Source: Enoplolaimus lenunculus
Taxonomy: Eukaryota
DNA length: 64,000 bases
Direction of reading: 5' to 3'
Assembly (NCBI GenBank): GCA_030248215.1
Contig: JASANG010002214.1
Coordinates: 62,001 to 126,000 of the forward strand
A program made the translations under genes and the position numbers. Position 1 is the stretch's first letter. The number at the start of each line of letters is the position of its first letter. Positions 38,301-50,665 of the stretch are shown piece by piece. The notes below the pieces were generated by a model that saw nothing but the letters and a program-made list of their open reading frames with translations, searched no databases and was not told where the DNA came from.

Positions 38301-41300
38301 GAAGAGCTTGGCCTGTTTGAAGTGTTTGATTCAAGTTATTTTTGGAATAAAAGTTTACTGAACGATTTAATCGATGCGTATTGTGATAATCCAAGCAGGT
38401 CGATAGAGCGCTGGATTGTTCCTGTGATACAAGGTTACATCGAAATGACGCATATGTCAATTCCCCTTGATCCTGTGTACTCAGACAATTGCTGTGGTAG
38501 ATCACGAAAGCCAAGTAACTGCAAAAATGATGGTGAAATGTGCAATGAATCAAATGACAATAATAGTAGCATGGATATAAGCACGTTATTAATTTCACGT
38601 CGTAGTGTACATCGCGCTGGAACCCGATATATTAAGCGTGGAATAAACGAACGAGGATATGTGGCGAATTATGTCGAAACTGAGCAAATTGTTGCGATTG
38701 CCGGCCACGTGTTATCGTTTGTACAAGCTCGAGGATCGGTCCCGGTGTTTTGGTCACAGCTTGGCTATAAATATAAGCCAGCACCTCGGTTGGACCGGAG
38801 CCATGATGACAATTTTGTTGCGTTCACGAAGCATTTTGCTGATCAGTTTGCGAAGTATGATTCGATAATTGCGGTCAATCTGGTCGAGCAAGGCGGAAAA
38901 GAAAGGGTAATTGAGTATTTTTAGCAGGGTGCAAAGCGGAACTGGATTATACCGGAATCGGAATGTATTAACAAGTATAATCTTGATTTAGGGTGTCTGT
39001 TCGCTGGTAACAATTCTCAAGAACGTCTATTGGCAATCTTTTTTGGTTCTGTAAAGCTAAACTACAATCAATTATTGATAAGTTAACTTATCGAAAACAA
39101 ATTAATAGATAAATGATGCTGAATTTTTATACAACATATCACAACAAGCAGGTCTAAAATTAAAGTGTGGAAATTCCGATTCCGATTGATTGTGCAATCG
39201 GAATCAAAATCGGAATCGGAACTCGTTTTGAATCGGAATTTTAATCGGAATTCGGATTGCACCCTGATTTTTAGTATCAGTTGTAAAACTTGAAGGGCTG
39301 GCTGCCTCGGATTCCAGTAGATTTTGTTGCCATCGCACTTCGGTACTTTTCTCCTATGGTTGCACCGCTGGCAGCTCCCCAGATCAGCTATTCGACCATA
39401 ACCTTTACCTTCAACTCCGGCAAATTTTGTTAACATTCGGCTGTTGTATTTTTCACCTCCGGTTGCACCGTGCTAGCAGCCTAGGGAAACACCGTCATAT
39501 AGTCGAATTTCTGAAAAATTTGAATTTATTGCAAAACGGTCCTGGGAGATTGCAAAATTTTAAAAATCCCACCATTTTTAGACAAATACCGGCAGGCGAA
39601 CTGATAATAGAAAAGACTCTTATAATTTTAAATGAATATTCGTGGTTCGCATATATTAGTTGAACCATGTTGAGGTCTGAATTGGAATGTGAACAACGGG
39701 TTTGAACAATGTACTTCTCGATAGATAATGTATATGTAAATTTTACTTTTTGCTGAGAGTCATTGAACTACACTAAAAGCATTTCGACTAATTCCAAAAC
39801 GACTGCGATGGAAGCGGTTTTATTTAGTGCTTGTTTGGTGGACTGTCGCCACGAACAGAATCAAGTACCATCAGGAATGTGTTCTAAATCATGACTGTTG
39901 TTATTATTGCTGATTCCAGTTTAGCAAAAGTTAAGTGCCATTACAAAATCGCGGTGGCCACCACAGTAGACACAATCGAGATTGTTGCACACTTATTTCT
40001 GTCTGATACTGTATATTTATGGATGCTGCTCTATTTTAGTAGTTTTCTAAATAATAACACAGGTTTTGGCAGACGAATACCTTGACTGCGTCCTAGATTT
40101 CGACAACGAGAAGCTGAAATACATCGCATTTGATTTTCATGAGCACTGTCGAGGCATGAAATTTGAAAAAGTTTCAACGTTACTCGAAAATGTTGCTGAT
40201 CTTATCAAAAAAATGCGATTTCTGTGGGTTGACAAAAACAAGGTACGGAATTTTGACTTGTTGACTGTTGATCGCTATGGCATATGTATATACAGTTTCT
40301 TGTAACAATTTTTTTGTTGAGTTATTTGTTTAGTTTCCTGCAAACATAATAAACTGAAAAAATAAAATAGGTTTAGGTGTAGGCTTTGAAATAATATAAA
40401 ATATGTAGATAGTATGTTTAGGAATAATTTTGGCCTTGGAAGTAAAATTTTGAGCTATTGTTAGGATGGCGTTATACTTTTGCGGTATCATAACGTAATT
40501 CATATGCGTTGACCGCGAACACGACCGACAACAGCCGACATTAAAATAGAAGAAAAGTATAACGCCGCTAATAATTAAGTAACTGTTGTGGTACGGCTTT
40601 GCATTCTTCATTTGGAACTTCATTTTAATACAGAAGTTTGTGGTTTTATAATAGCTTGACGGAACATACATTTCTATTACAGGACGTCGCATGTTTTCAA
40701 AATGGTGTATTTCGTATCAATTGCGTGGATTGTTTGGATCGAACAAATGTTGTTCAAGCTGCATTCGCGAAAGAAGTATTTGAAAATATGCTTCGCAAAT
40801 TCGGTCTCCTATCACCTGATTCCATCCTGCCACATGCTGTTGTAATGGCGTTTAAGTTGATTTGGGCGAATAACGGTGACAGCATTAGTCGTCAGTATGC
40901 AGGCAAGTAAAAAATACTGCTGAGTAAAAAATTCAAGTTAGTACTTAATATTGTATAAAACCAGTTTTGTAACCAATGCCGCAAAATTCTATTTGTTCTC
41001 AAAAAGTGCGCGAGAATTGCGCACTATAGCTTAGTTTTTTGAGCGAAGCGAAACTCCGAGCGAAGCTCGGAGTTTCGCGAAACATTTTATGTTTTGTACT
41101 TGGGGGTCGAAAGGTGGATGTCCGTCCGTCCGTCTGTCCGTCCGAAAAGAATCTCAGGAACGGCTGAACCGATTTTGATAAACTTTTTTTGTTTGAAAGT
41201 CAATTATTCTGGGGTGTTAACCTCTCATTGGGGTTTTAAAATTTTAAGCCGTTTGTTAGCTACAGGCTGATTTGCATAATTAATCAAGCCTAAATTAGGA

Positions 41301-44300
41301 CTTTCCACAATATTTCACTAATTATTACAGTTAGAAGCAATCTAATTTAGCATTAAAAGGTTTTTGGGTGCGAGGAATCTGCGTAGACTGTTTACAAACC
41401 TCCAAAACCGATAATTGAGCAGTTAGCTAATAGATAATTTGCATATTAACATAGTTTATAAGCCTAAATTTGGACTTTTTACAATATTTCACTAATTATT
41501 AAGGTTAAAAGCGATATAATTTCAGCACTAAAGGGTTTTTAGGTGCGAGGAATTTGCATAAATAGTTTACAAACATCCAAAACCGATAATTGAATAGTAA
41601 GCTAATAGCTAATTTGCATATTAGCATAATTGACAAGACAAAATTAGGACTTTTTAAATTATTCCAAAAATTATTAGGGTGGCTGAAGGGTTTTTAGGTG
41701 CGAGGAATTTGCATAAATAGTTTACAAACATCCAAAACCGATAATTGAATAGTAAGCTAATAGCTAATTTGCATATTAGCTTAATTGACAAGACAAAATT
41801 AGGACTTTTTAAATTATTCCAAAAATTATTAGGGTGGCTGAAGGGTTTTTAGGTGCGAGGAATTTGCATAAATAGTTTACAAACATCCAAAACCGATAAT
41901 TGAATAGTAAGCTAATAGCTAATTTGCATATTAGCTTAATTGACAAGACAAAATTAGGACTTTTTAAATTATTCCAAAAATTATTAGGGTGGCTGAAGGG
42001 TTTTTGGGTGCGAGGAATCTGAGAAAATTGCTTACAAACCTCCAAAACCGATAAATGAATGGTTAGCTAACAACTAATTTGCATATTACCTTAATTGCTT
42101 CCGTGTGTTCGAGCTTCGCTCAATAAATGTAGTCCCGCTACGACTGGTTTAAATTTATTTTTAATTTTTGAAAACGTTCAACCGATTAGCCAAATGTTGG
42201 GAAGAAACCCCTTATATGGCCCGAATGCGTATGAAAACAAAAAAGTTCATCGTGAGCTATTTTACAACACATTGATTTCGAGTATCCTACTAATTTGCTA
42301 ATGTGTAATATTTTGAGTGACATATTTAAGTGTTGTTTGTCAGAAAACTACGGAGTATAATGTTATGCACCGACAGAAGAGTACGTACAAAGCTATATTG
42401 CACTCAAATGCTATACTTGGCATAGGTTATATGCTAATTTAACGTGTAGCTAACTAATTTGTAATCAAACCGTTGTGTTTAAATTTGTCATGCTCGAAAA
42501 CCCTAAAGCCAACTGCGCTCAAACCTTTTTAAAACGGCAGTTTTAGACGTTTAAAAACAATTTATTAATGTTCATCGCATTCAAAAACCCTTTGGTACTG
42601 AAATTAGGTTGCTTGTAACTAATAAATAGTGAAATAGTATAAAAAGTCCTAATCTAGGCTTAACCAAATTATGTATATTTGCCTGCAGCTAGTAAATGGT
42701 TCAGTATTTTAAAGACCTAATGTGAGGTTAACACCCCAAGATTCGCTCCTGAGTACAAAATATACAACGCTTCGCTAAACACCGAGCGTCGCACGCAGTT
42801 TCGCTTCGCTCAATGCACTTGCAGAAGAAAATATTCCGAATGTAACTGTTTTATTTGTGGTGTTTCGAATTTTTAGGAACTGCTGCATTGAAAGGTGATT
42901 ACACACGAACGGGTCATCGCAATTTTGTTGGACTCATGCGAGATGGCTACCATTCAGCGTCAAGATACTATCTGTGCCACATCAGGGACGCAAAACGGCA
43001 AGCTGCGATTGATATTTTGCTTGGAAAGGTTAGTATAACAAAAGTTTCTTTTGTTTAACATTTAAATTTCTTCGGTTGGTCAGTACCCATTATTGCGGAC
43101 GACTGAAGTGGAAGAATATTTGCACCTTGTTGATTTAACTTGCTCAACACTGATGACGTTCACTAATTTTTGCTTTAAATTTTTTTCTCAGTAATTTCCT
43201 TACCAAATATTTTTCATAAGTTTGTCCAGTGTAATCAGTCTGTTGGTTCGGCTCATGTCTAGTACGTATAACAACCTGTCCAGTGGGAGAAAACTGGTTT
43301 GGGCTATTTAGAGAGTAGGAAGCTTACGTTTAGTATTGATTAGTTTTATGTTCATGGTATGGCTTATACATACGTGTAATAAGCAGTGTGGAACCGGAAT
43401 TCCAGTTCCAAATTTTTCACCTTCCGGTCCGGTAAATTTTTAACTGAGCTTAAAAATTCCCGTATTAAGTTTTGTTGGTGGAAATTAAGCATTTTACTAT
43501 AAAATGCCGATGAAAATAAAATAGATTTCATAAGTTAGTATATAAACTTTAACAATCACTGAAAAGAAATAATCGAAGGTAGATTTCGTGCGTGTGGATA
43601 ATGAAAATTGAAAGTACAGCAGGTTGAGTAAATAGCTTTCTTCAACAAGGTTATTTATGAATTTTTTGGTGGCATGTATTTGTAACTTTTCAGGTCCGGT
43701 AATTTTTTCAAATGCCACTTCCGGAAAATTGTAATTCCAGTAGTATTCTGGTTTCAGACTTAGGTCTAGCCTTATGCTTTATAGGCAGGCTCTTTTAGTT
43801 TACTTGGGCCGTAGGCTTTGTTTGAATTTGAATTTTGAGCTTATATGCTTTTTGCGATATTCTGGTTGTTAGCCTGATTTTAAGAATGTGAAGCCTGCGG
43901 ATATTGAAAGCACAGTCGCAGATACGTTGAAAACAGAAGAATCTTGGCTAGACGAGCGTCACGAAGAACTGAGGCTTTTAGTGCAAGATTGTCAACGCCT
44001 TATCGTACCTGAAGATGAAACTTTGTTGGGTAAGTCGCCGTTCGATTTTGTTAAAAAATTTTTTGTGAAAGGGTCGCAGCAAGTTTCTGCTGTTTGTTCT
44101 TCGTAGTAGCTGTGTACTGAGGAAATGTAGATTGTTTGGGAAAGGCACTGGAAAATACTCAAAATAAATATTGCTTTTAAGTAAGAACTTTCTGCCCTTT
44201 CTCGATGAGCATCAACTTGAAAAATTTGGACAAATGTGTTAATTATTTTTACATTTGAGGTAATGTGTTACAGGCGGTTGGGCTTTAATCGATGCAGATA

Positions 44301-46790
44301 TAACTTCCGGAGATGCTATGCAAGAAGATATGGATACAGTCGTTCTGCTGACTGGAAATGTAAGTGACTGGCAATGGAATTGTTGTACATGCAAGCTTGT
44401 CAGTATTTAATATCGATTATAATAATAAATTTAACTTTTCTTCAATTTTCCTGATTGCTGTTTTAAAGCACATAGTTTACCTGCATTGCATTCTTATGAT
44501 AAATCTTTTAAATGCTTTCTTGAGACAAAGAGTGGAGTTATACTTGTCGAAGGCATAGTTCGCCGATATACCGCCGGAAATCTTTGAAATAGTCAAAAAT
44601 ATAGGTTCACCCTGTGAGAAATAGATTTAATTTAGGCTATTTTTAAAATCTATATTACCAAATTAATTATGTTATTTACGTATTCTTCTAGTCACTGTTT
44701 TACCGTTACAAACAGTATTTACAATGCTGCTTGAGTTTTAGGCATACTACGTGGCTGACTACGACGAAGAACAAGACAAATTCGTTGATTTCGAGCGTGT
44801 CCCGCTGGCTCAAATCGAAATGATTGAAGTTGGTCCGATGGCAATTTCTGCAAGCATCATTAGTACGTCTCGGCAGCGTGTGACGTGCGTTCGCGTATGG
44901 CACGGTGTCGCATCAACGGAAAGTGTCAGTACACAAGCAGATTCCACAAGCGCCATTGAGGCAGAGCCGGAACCAGTTGACCCGGCGAAAAGAGCGTCGA
45001 CAAGTAATACTAAACGACCAAAATTATCCGGATACTTTCATGTATGGAGGTCGGCTTCAACACGCTTGTTCAACAATATGGCGATACCGATTAGGTAAAA
45101 CAAATTGAAGCAGTGTTCGACTGCTGGTTAGGATATTCGATCGCCTACGTGCTGTGAAATATGGCCATAAATTGTAAGGTTTGTCCAAAATCTCGTTCGA
45201 AAAACTTGCAGCTTCAAATAATTCGTTAAAAATCATATCTAGGAATTTAGTTCACATGTGTGAATAACCATGCAAGTTCACGGAATTTATTGCGGACGCT
45301 TTCTCATTTAATTGCAAGTTTTGCGTGCAATTCAAAGCCGCAAGTTCACGCAGTAAAAACATGCACGTGTAAATAAGGCTTAGAAGTAACGATCAAGCTT
45401 CTGAATATACTCATTGAACTATAAATTATTTAACTTTATTTTTGGGTTTTTATTCCATTTCTCCAGAAGCGATGATGAAGCTCGTGAATATATCACTGCA
45501 ATCGGCGAACAGTTTAATGTTGCGCTTCGTTTTTCCAAAATGCCTGAAGTGACGTTTGTTCATGTGACGAAAATGGAGCGACGGCGGGCTCGAACAAAAC
45601 GAGGAGGCGGCAGCGGCGCTAACAACAGTGCGTTTGGTGGAGTTTCCAGCTTTAAAGGTGTATTTTTGGGTAAACTTCCACTTCGAGGTTCGTCCGCAGG
45701 TGGGCTATCCCTCTCTGGATTTGGACTCTTTAGTCGCCCACTGACTGGCGGCAGACGTGGCCGACCAGATACCACTGAAAATGACAAGTCTACTCCAGTG
45801 CCAATCAGTAATGAACATAACATTAATGGCACAGCCAAAGCCGACAAAGCTGATTCGCAGAGCGCTGCTAATGATTTAGCTTTGTCAGATAGCGCTATAT
45901 CGGACTACACCGAAGCGACTGCAGAATCGTCTAGCCTACGTTCACGTCTGTTTCGAAATCCGCTAAATCCAGGCCTTGCTGGGGTCCGACGGTTACAAGC
46001 AAACGTAACACGGCGATTTGCCGGAAGCGATGGGGCTGTCACAAGCGAGCGGCAAGAAAATGAAGTTTTTGGCGAAGAAAGTTCTAAGGCAACTGAAGAA
46101 GATAACCTTACTAGGCAATTGCTTTGTTCGAACACTGATGCCACATCAAATGGTGGTTACGTTTCTAGCGAACCTGCTGGATATGCAGTAGATAACAGCT
46201 GTGAAGGTAAGCTTGGGCTTTCGGGTCAAAATGAATCAGGTCATACTGTCTTGCCATTGTCATTGCATTCCACATCGCACACGAAAGCGGCGTCTGGTGA
46301 ACGTATCAGTCTTGATAGAAGCTTGTCTCATAGTGATAGCTCAATCAACGTTATAGAACATTGCTCGGTAGCAGTTGTAGTAGAAAAGGATGACGGTATT
46401 TTGGGCAGCAGCGAGCATTCAAATGAACTAGGCGCTAGTTATACTGCAATTGGAAGCGGTGGCAATTTATTGAACAAAGTCACCCAAAGCAAAGGTGGAC
46501 GGTTCTTGACGAGTTCGTTTGGGAAGTTGGGGTCACAAGTTGCAACAGCGACTGGTAGTGGTATGAGTGGGATACGTCGAAATTTATCGTCTGCGAGCCG
46601 GTTGGGATGCCCTAGTGACACGGCTGTGAAATCAGATGCGGCTGATAGTGGTGAGCAAAATGCGATGGGTAAACTTGAAGTTCCAGGGTCAAGTGGCAAG
46701 CACCGACGGAGTAATAGTGGAGAAGCAACAACAACTGATAGGCTTAAGTGTAAGATTGATTCGAGCAAATGTGAGATAAGGATTATTTAA
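35313..46790 (+). CDS. INPP5F: Phosphatidylinositide phosphatase SAC2, 10 exons
   Basis: Exons at about 35313-35409, 36546-36690, 37479-38906, 40063-40242, 40683-40902, 42877-43028, 43873-44029, 44274-44358, 44741-45094, 45467-46790. Sac motifs LISRRSVHRAGTRY, ANYVETEQI, RGSVPVFWSQ, catalytic CX5R in RINCVDCLDRTNVVQ, WANNGDSISRQYAGTAALKGD. The hSac2-like GGWALID segment distinguishes it from SAC1. Confidence 0.93.
35675..36185. mobile_element. Fold-back MITE with GC-rich 21-bp tandem subrepeats, INPP5F intron 1
   Basis: TIR AGGGTTGCGTTATAC / GTAGCGCAACCCT; CCGTCACCCGTACGGCACCGT units on the left are inverted on the right. Confidence 0.8.
38925..39266. mobile_element. hAT-type MITE with GGAATC subterminal motifs
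   Basis: CAGGGTGCAA ... TTGCACCCTG ends; perfect 8-bp TSD ATTTTTAG. Confidence 0.88.
41036..42150 (+). mobile_element. Helentron-associated element (HINE/DINE-1-like) with internal 155-bp tandem array
   Basis: Subterminal inverted repeats TTGAGCGAAG (41039) / CTTCGCTCAA (42114), (GTCC/GTCT)n microsatellite at about 41119-41143, AACCGATTTTGAT core, 3' hairpin followed by TTT. Repeat units start at 41641, 41796 and 41951. Confidence 0.85.
42430..42813 (-). mobile_element. Degenerate HINE-like copy
   Basis: Reverse-complement match to the 5' part of the 41036 element (CTTCGCTCAA, GAGTACAAAA, AAAAAGTCCTAAT). Confidence 0.7.
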
Positions 46791-46909
46791 TGCTGTAAGC
46801 TGCGATGGGTATTTGAAAGATTTTGCTAAATGAGCTAGTTAGTTTTTCTGTGGTGACGAGTAGGTAGTTAAGGATTCTGAGAATTGCAGTGAAGAACCAT
46901 ACTGTTTGG

Positions 46910-47326
46910 CAGGATTCCGTCGGAATTCCGATTCCGGCTAAAATTCCGGCAAAATTTGACTTCCGATTTCGATTCCGGCTGACTGCTGTTCCGATGCCGG
47001 AATTCTGATTTTTCGGCTATCAGTTTTCAAGATGATTGAACTTAAGCTTTGCTTGTTTCGTTTTGTTTCGTTCATTTGCAATTATTCTATTGGTATTTTA
47101 GTAAATATTCCGAGTTGTTACGTATATTCCGTCAGCTATATAAACAATTTTTGCTGAAACAGTGAACAGTAACGGAAACAGGCATACTGCAAGGAAAGTT
47201 AAAAGTCATACACCTTTAACTTTTTAATAGAATTATATACTAAAACTTGATTCCGATTCCGGTTTCGACAGAAAAAATTGATTCCGATTCCGCTTCCGAC
47301 AAAACCTAGTTCCGGTTGGAACCCTG
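46910..47326. mobile_element. hAT-type MITE with GATTCC subterminal repeats (second copy about 48146-48729)
   Basis: CAGGATTCC ... GGAACCCTG ends; TSD CTGTTTGG/CTGTTTTG; internal homology to 48146-48729. Confidence 0.82.
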
Positions 47327-50229
47327 CTGTTTTGGTTTGGAAATTTTACAGTTTATTGGTTGTTTGTTTTTCGGTTGATTTTCTAGAAAACACATTGTTA
47401 CCTTATAAGCTCAAGAACGAACAGTTCGCATGGTAAATTTTCACGTTGATAGTATAGTGTTGTTGTGGTTGCATCCTCTCGACCGCTTCTGTATCCGCAA
47501 CTTTGACCACGTGGGATGTCATTTTTGGTATTGTTATTGTATTAAATTTAAACCGGTACTTGTCAACTATCTCGAGTTTATTATTATTATTATTATGCAT
47601 TCCCTAATATATATGTATATAATTAATGTACATATAATATACATAAACACTTATTGCTCGTGTGTGGTTTTTACTTATGTAGAAGCAGTACTGAATATGC
47701 ATTATGTTTTTTAACGTAAAAAATAGCCGGACGGCTTAGAGCATTCGGCATCTTGGTATTTTTTTGGAAATCTGTCGGTGTTATTTTAATTGAACAGTGT
47801 GATAGAACCTACCACTATTGTGTTAGAAAGAAAGATACAAACTAAGTCAAAGCTGTTGAAGCAAAAATGTGAATATTTGCGGTTTCGGAAAATGAAGGTA
47901 TACGTACTGGCTATCAGAAACTTTCAAACTTGAATTTTTGGTTAAACCTTTAGGTGTTGGTACTCGTGTTTTGAAAACGTAATCGTTTCAGTTATGTATA
48001 TATAATTTTCAGACAATGTTGATGAGTTTATTACTTATATCTTTAAATCTCGGTATAGCCTTGTATGCAACTTGGACAATCGTGATTGGGTAATTTGTCA
48101 CTGACTTATAGAGTCTTCTTTATTTTACATTTTCATGTTTTAGAGCGAAGTTCCAACGGAATTCCGATTTCGGCTAAAATATCGATATAAGTAGGTTCCG
48201 ATTCCGACTGGCTGCTATTCCGATGCCGGAATTCCGTTTTTTCCGTTATGATAACAAAGTCTATAAACTTATATTTTATTTCATAGCGGCAGGCAGTGAT
48301 GTTAGCCCCACCAATTTTCAAATATATATAGATAGATGTTTGGTTAAACAGTATTCTTACTGTAGTAACAGCGGTACTCCACACAATTTTCTAAGGTTCA
48401 AAAATTTGTTACTCTTAATTCTTATTTATTGTTTCATAAAACTTTATATTTAAAAATTTGAAATGCTAAAAATGTCGAATTACACATCAAATTATGGCCA
48501 AGCTGATAAAGTGCTCATTGGCAGGTGTGTAACTAATATCATAAATTTTTGAACGTTAGTAGATGGCTAATACAGTCAGCTATACAAGCAATTTTTACCG
48601 AAACTTTGAAAAATACCGACAGGCATAGCATCAAAAGTCAAAAGTCATACACTTGACTTTTTAATGGAATTTCTAAAACTTAAATTCTGATTCCGCTTCC
48701 GACAACCTTTACTCCGGATTGGAACCATACATTTAGCGCGCATTCACATTTGATGCAAGGGAGTAACCGGATATCTATTCCAGTAAAATCCGGTGTCCAT
48801 TTCCGTTATGCCAGCGCCAAAAAAGAAATATTTGGAATTCGCAGTTTGTTATAATTTCTCAAGTGATTCTTTTTCTGTTTTTAATGTTGACATTATGTAT
48901 CTGTTTTTTGGTTTAAAATCAATTTAATAAATTTTGTTCCCAATCTTTAAACATTCATGTTTTATGGCATTTTTCAGCAGTATTCAGAACTATTATCAGT
49001 ATATTCGAGTTAGGTACCTTAGTTGGATTGGCACAAAAAATAATTAAATCGTATTCTTGATTTTAGTTTCCTTCGTTTCAATCACTCGATATAGAGCTGT
49101 CTGGTGCACATGATACTCTCTGTATTCTATTATACTGTGCTTAAGGGTCTTTAAATTGATGCCGCGTGGGTGGAAATGAAACGTTTTATTTTAGTTTCGC
49201 TGTTATATACGCGTTATTTGTATTTATTATTAATTTAGTGAATAATTCAATTATGTATATGGATTTTACTTGATACGTTGTGTTTTTCTGTCATCCGACT
49301 CGATACATTTTAGTGGGTTGGTGTAATAGAAAAAATAGCCATTCACACGTGGCATGTATGTTTTGTCTGGGGTTCACTTGGGTTCACGGCCTAAAAAGAA
49401 TCTAGCATTGAATGACAAAATTTTGAAAAATTGACCAAATCTACGAGTAATTTTTGAATAATTTGAAAACAAAACGAGTCAGCCTTTTGGCTCGCGTCGC
49501 TCGCAAAATTCACGTTTTGCTCGCCTCGGTCGCGAAATTTTCTTCCGATTGGTGCTCAGGCGAATGCCACGTCTCGTTAAGATCACCGGCACAAAGAACC
49601 TTTTTTATATGAAGGGTCCGAAGTATGGTATCGGAGACTGTTTAGGCAATCGAAGACTGTTTGGGCAATTTTGGTAGAGGCGTTGATATTTTGTGCATAT
49701 TCCGCTCATTAACTGTGATTCATTTAATATTCTGCCATACTTTTTTATCCAGTGGTTGAGTTTCTGAAATCTTACTTAATTACTTAAGTCGCCGAGTTAA
49801 GTAAACACTTAACTTTTCGAGCAGAAACAAATAAACCACAAATGTTAGCCATTGTCATAACAAGAGAGTAATAGTTTTGCTTTATATTGAAAAAGCATCG
49901 TGAGTGTACAATTTTATTTAGACTAAACTTAATATGCCTGAAGTCTGAACTGTTAATGAGTAATATACCAAATTTAGTCAACGACTTAAGTATATACTTA
50001 ACTTAAGTACGCTTTTGTAAACGACAAAATGGATAAGTAATTACTTAGCACGTACTAAAGTACGAAGTCGTACTTAATTAGCTGTGGAAATTTTTGGTCA
50101 GTGTATTGCTAAGGGCCAGCAATGCTTTAAGTCTTTGTCAGTACGCCTAGTAACTATCTTAATTTCTTGTTTCACCTAATTCAGGATTGCACGTTAATCA
50201 TTCCGTAGATGTCATCCGTTCCTCTTTAG

Positions 50230-50426
50230 GGCCCATGTAAAGATTTGGGGCGGAACGTTTTTCTGTGGGACTAGAAGAGAGTAAGCTTAAAGCTCTAAAC
50301 TGATTTTTTTGCTCGGCGTTGGTCTAGGCTTAAGCTTAGGCTTAAAAATAAACTTATTCTTGCGCTTAGGCTTAGGCTAAGGAATATTCTTATAATACTG
50401 TTCAGACCCTGTTCTTTACATTGGCC
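50230..50426. mobile_element. GGCC-ended TTAGGC MITE
   Basis: GGCCCATGTAAAG ... CTTTACATTGGCC ends; TSD CTCTTTAG/CACTTTAG. Confidence 0.87.
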
Positions 50427-50665
50427 CACTTTAGTATCCCTCGGTTCTAGTACGTGGCTCATGAATTTCCAATAATTGCATTTTTAACTCGCTCGAAATA
50501 TAGCTTATGTGCTTTTAATATTTATGCATGCATGTCTCGTCGTATATACTTTAAAATGTTGCATAAAGCTTTATAAATAAATGCATGGACGTTTTGTTTT
50601 TTGAGCGATTTTGAGTTATTCAGCTTTTGCTTTCAATAAGATCGCTTTCAGTTTGGTTTTTGTTC

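Noticed and set aside
45560..46768. Minus-strand ORFs 45560-45847, 45905-46144 and 46439-46768
   Set aside because: They are antisense shadows of the last INPP5F exon.
12010..46790. Nematode-style operon HADHB-PSMB7-HDHD3-INPP5F
   Set aside because: The genes are co-oriented, but the gaps are about 2-5 kb and repeat-filled; this cannot be supported without spliced-leader data.
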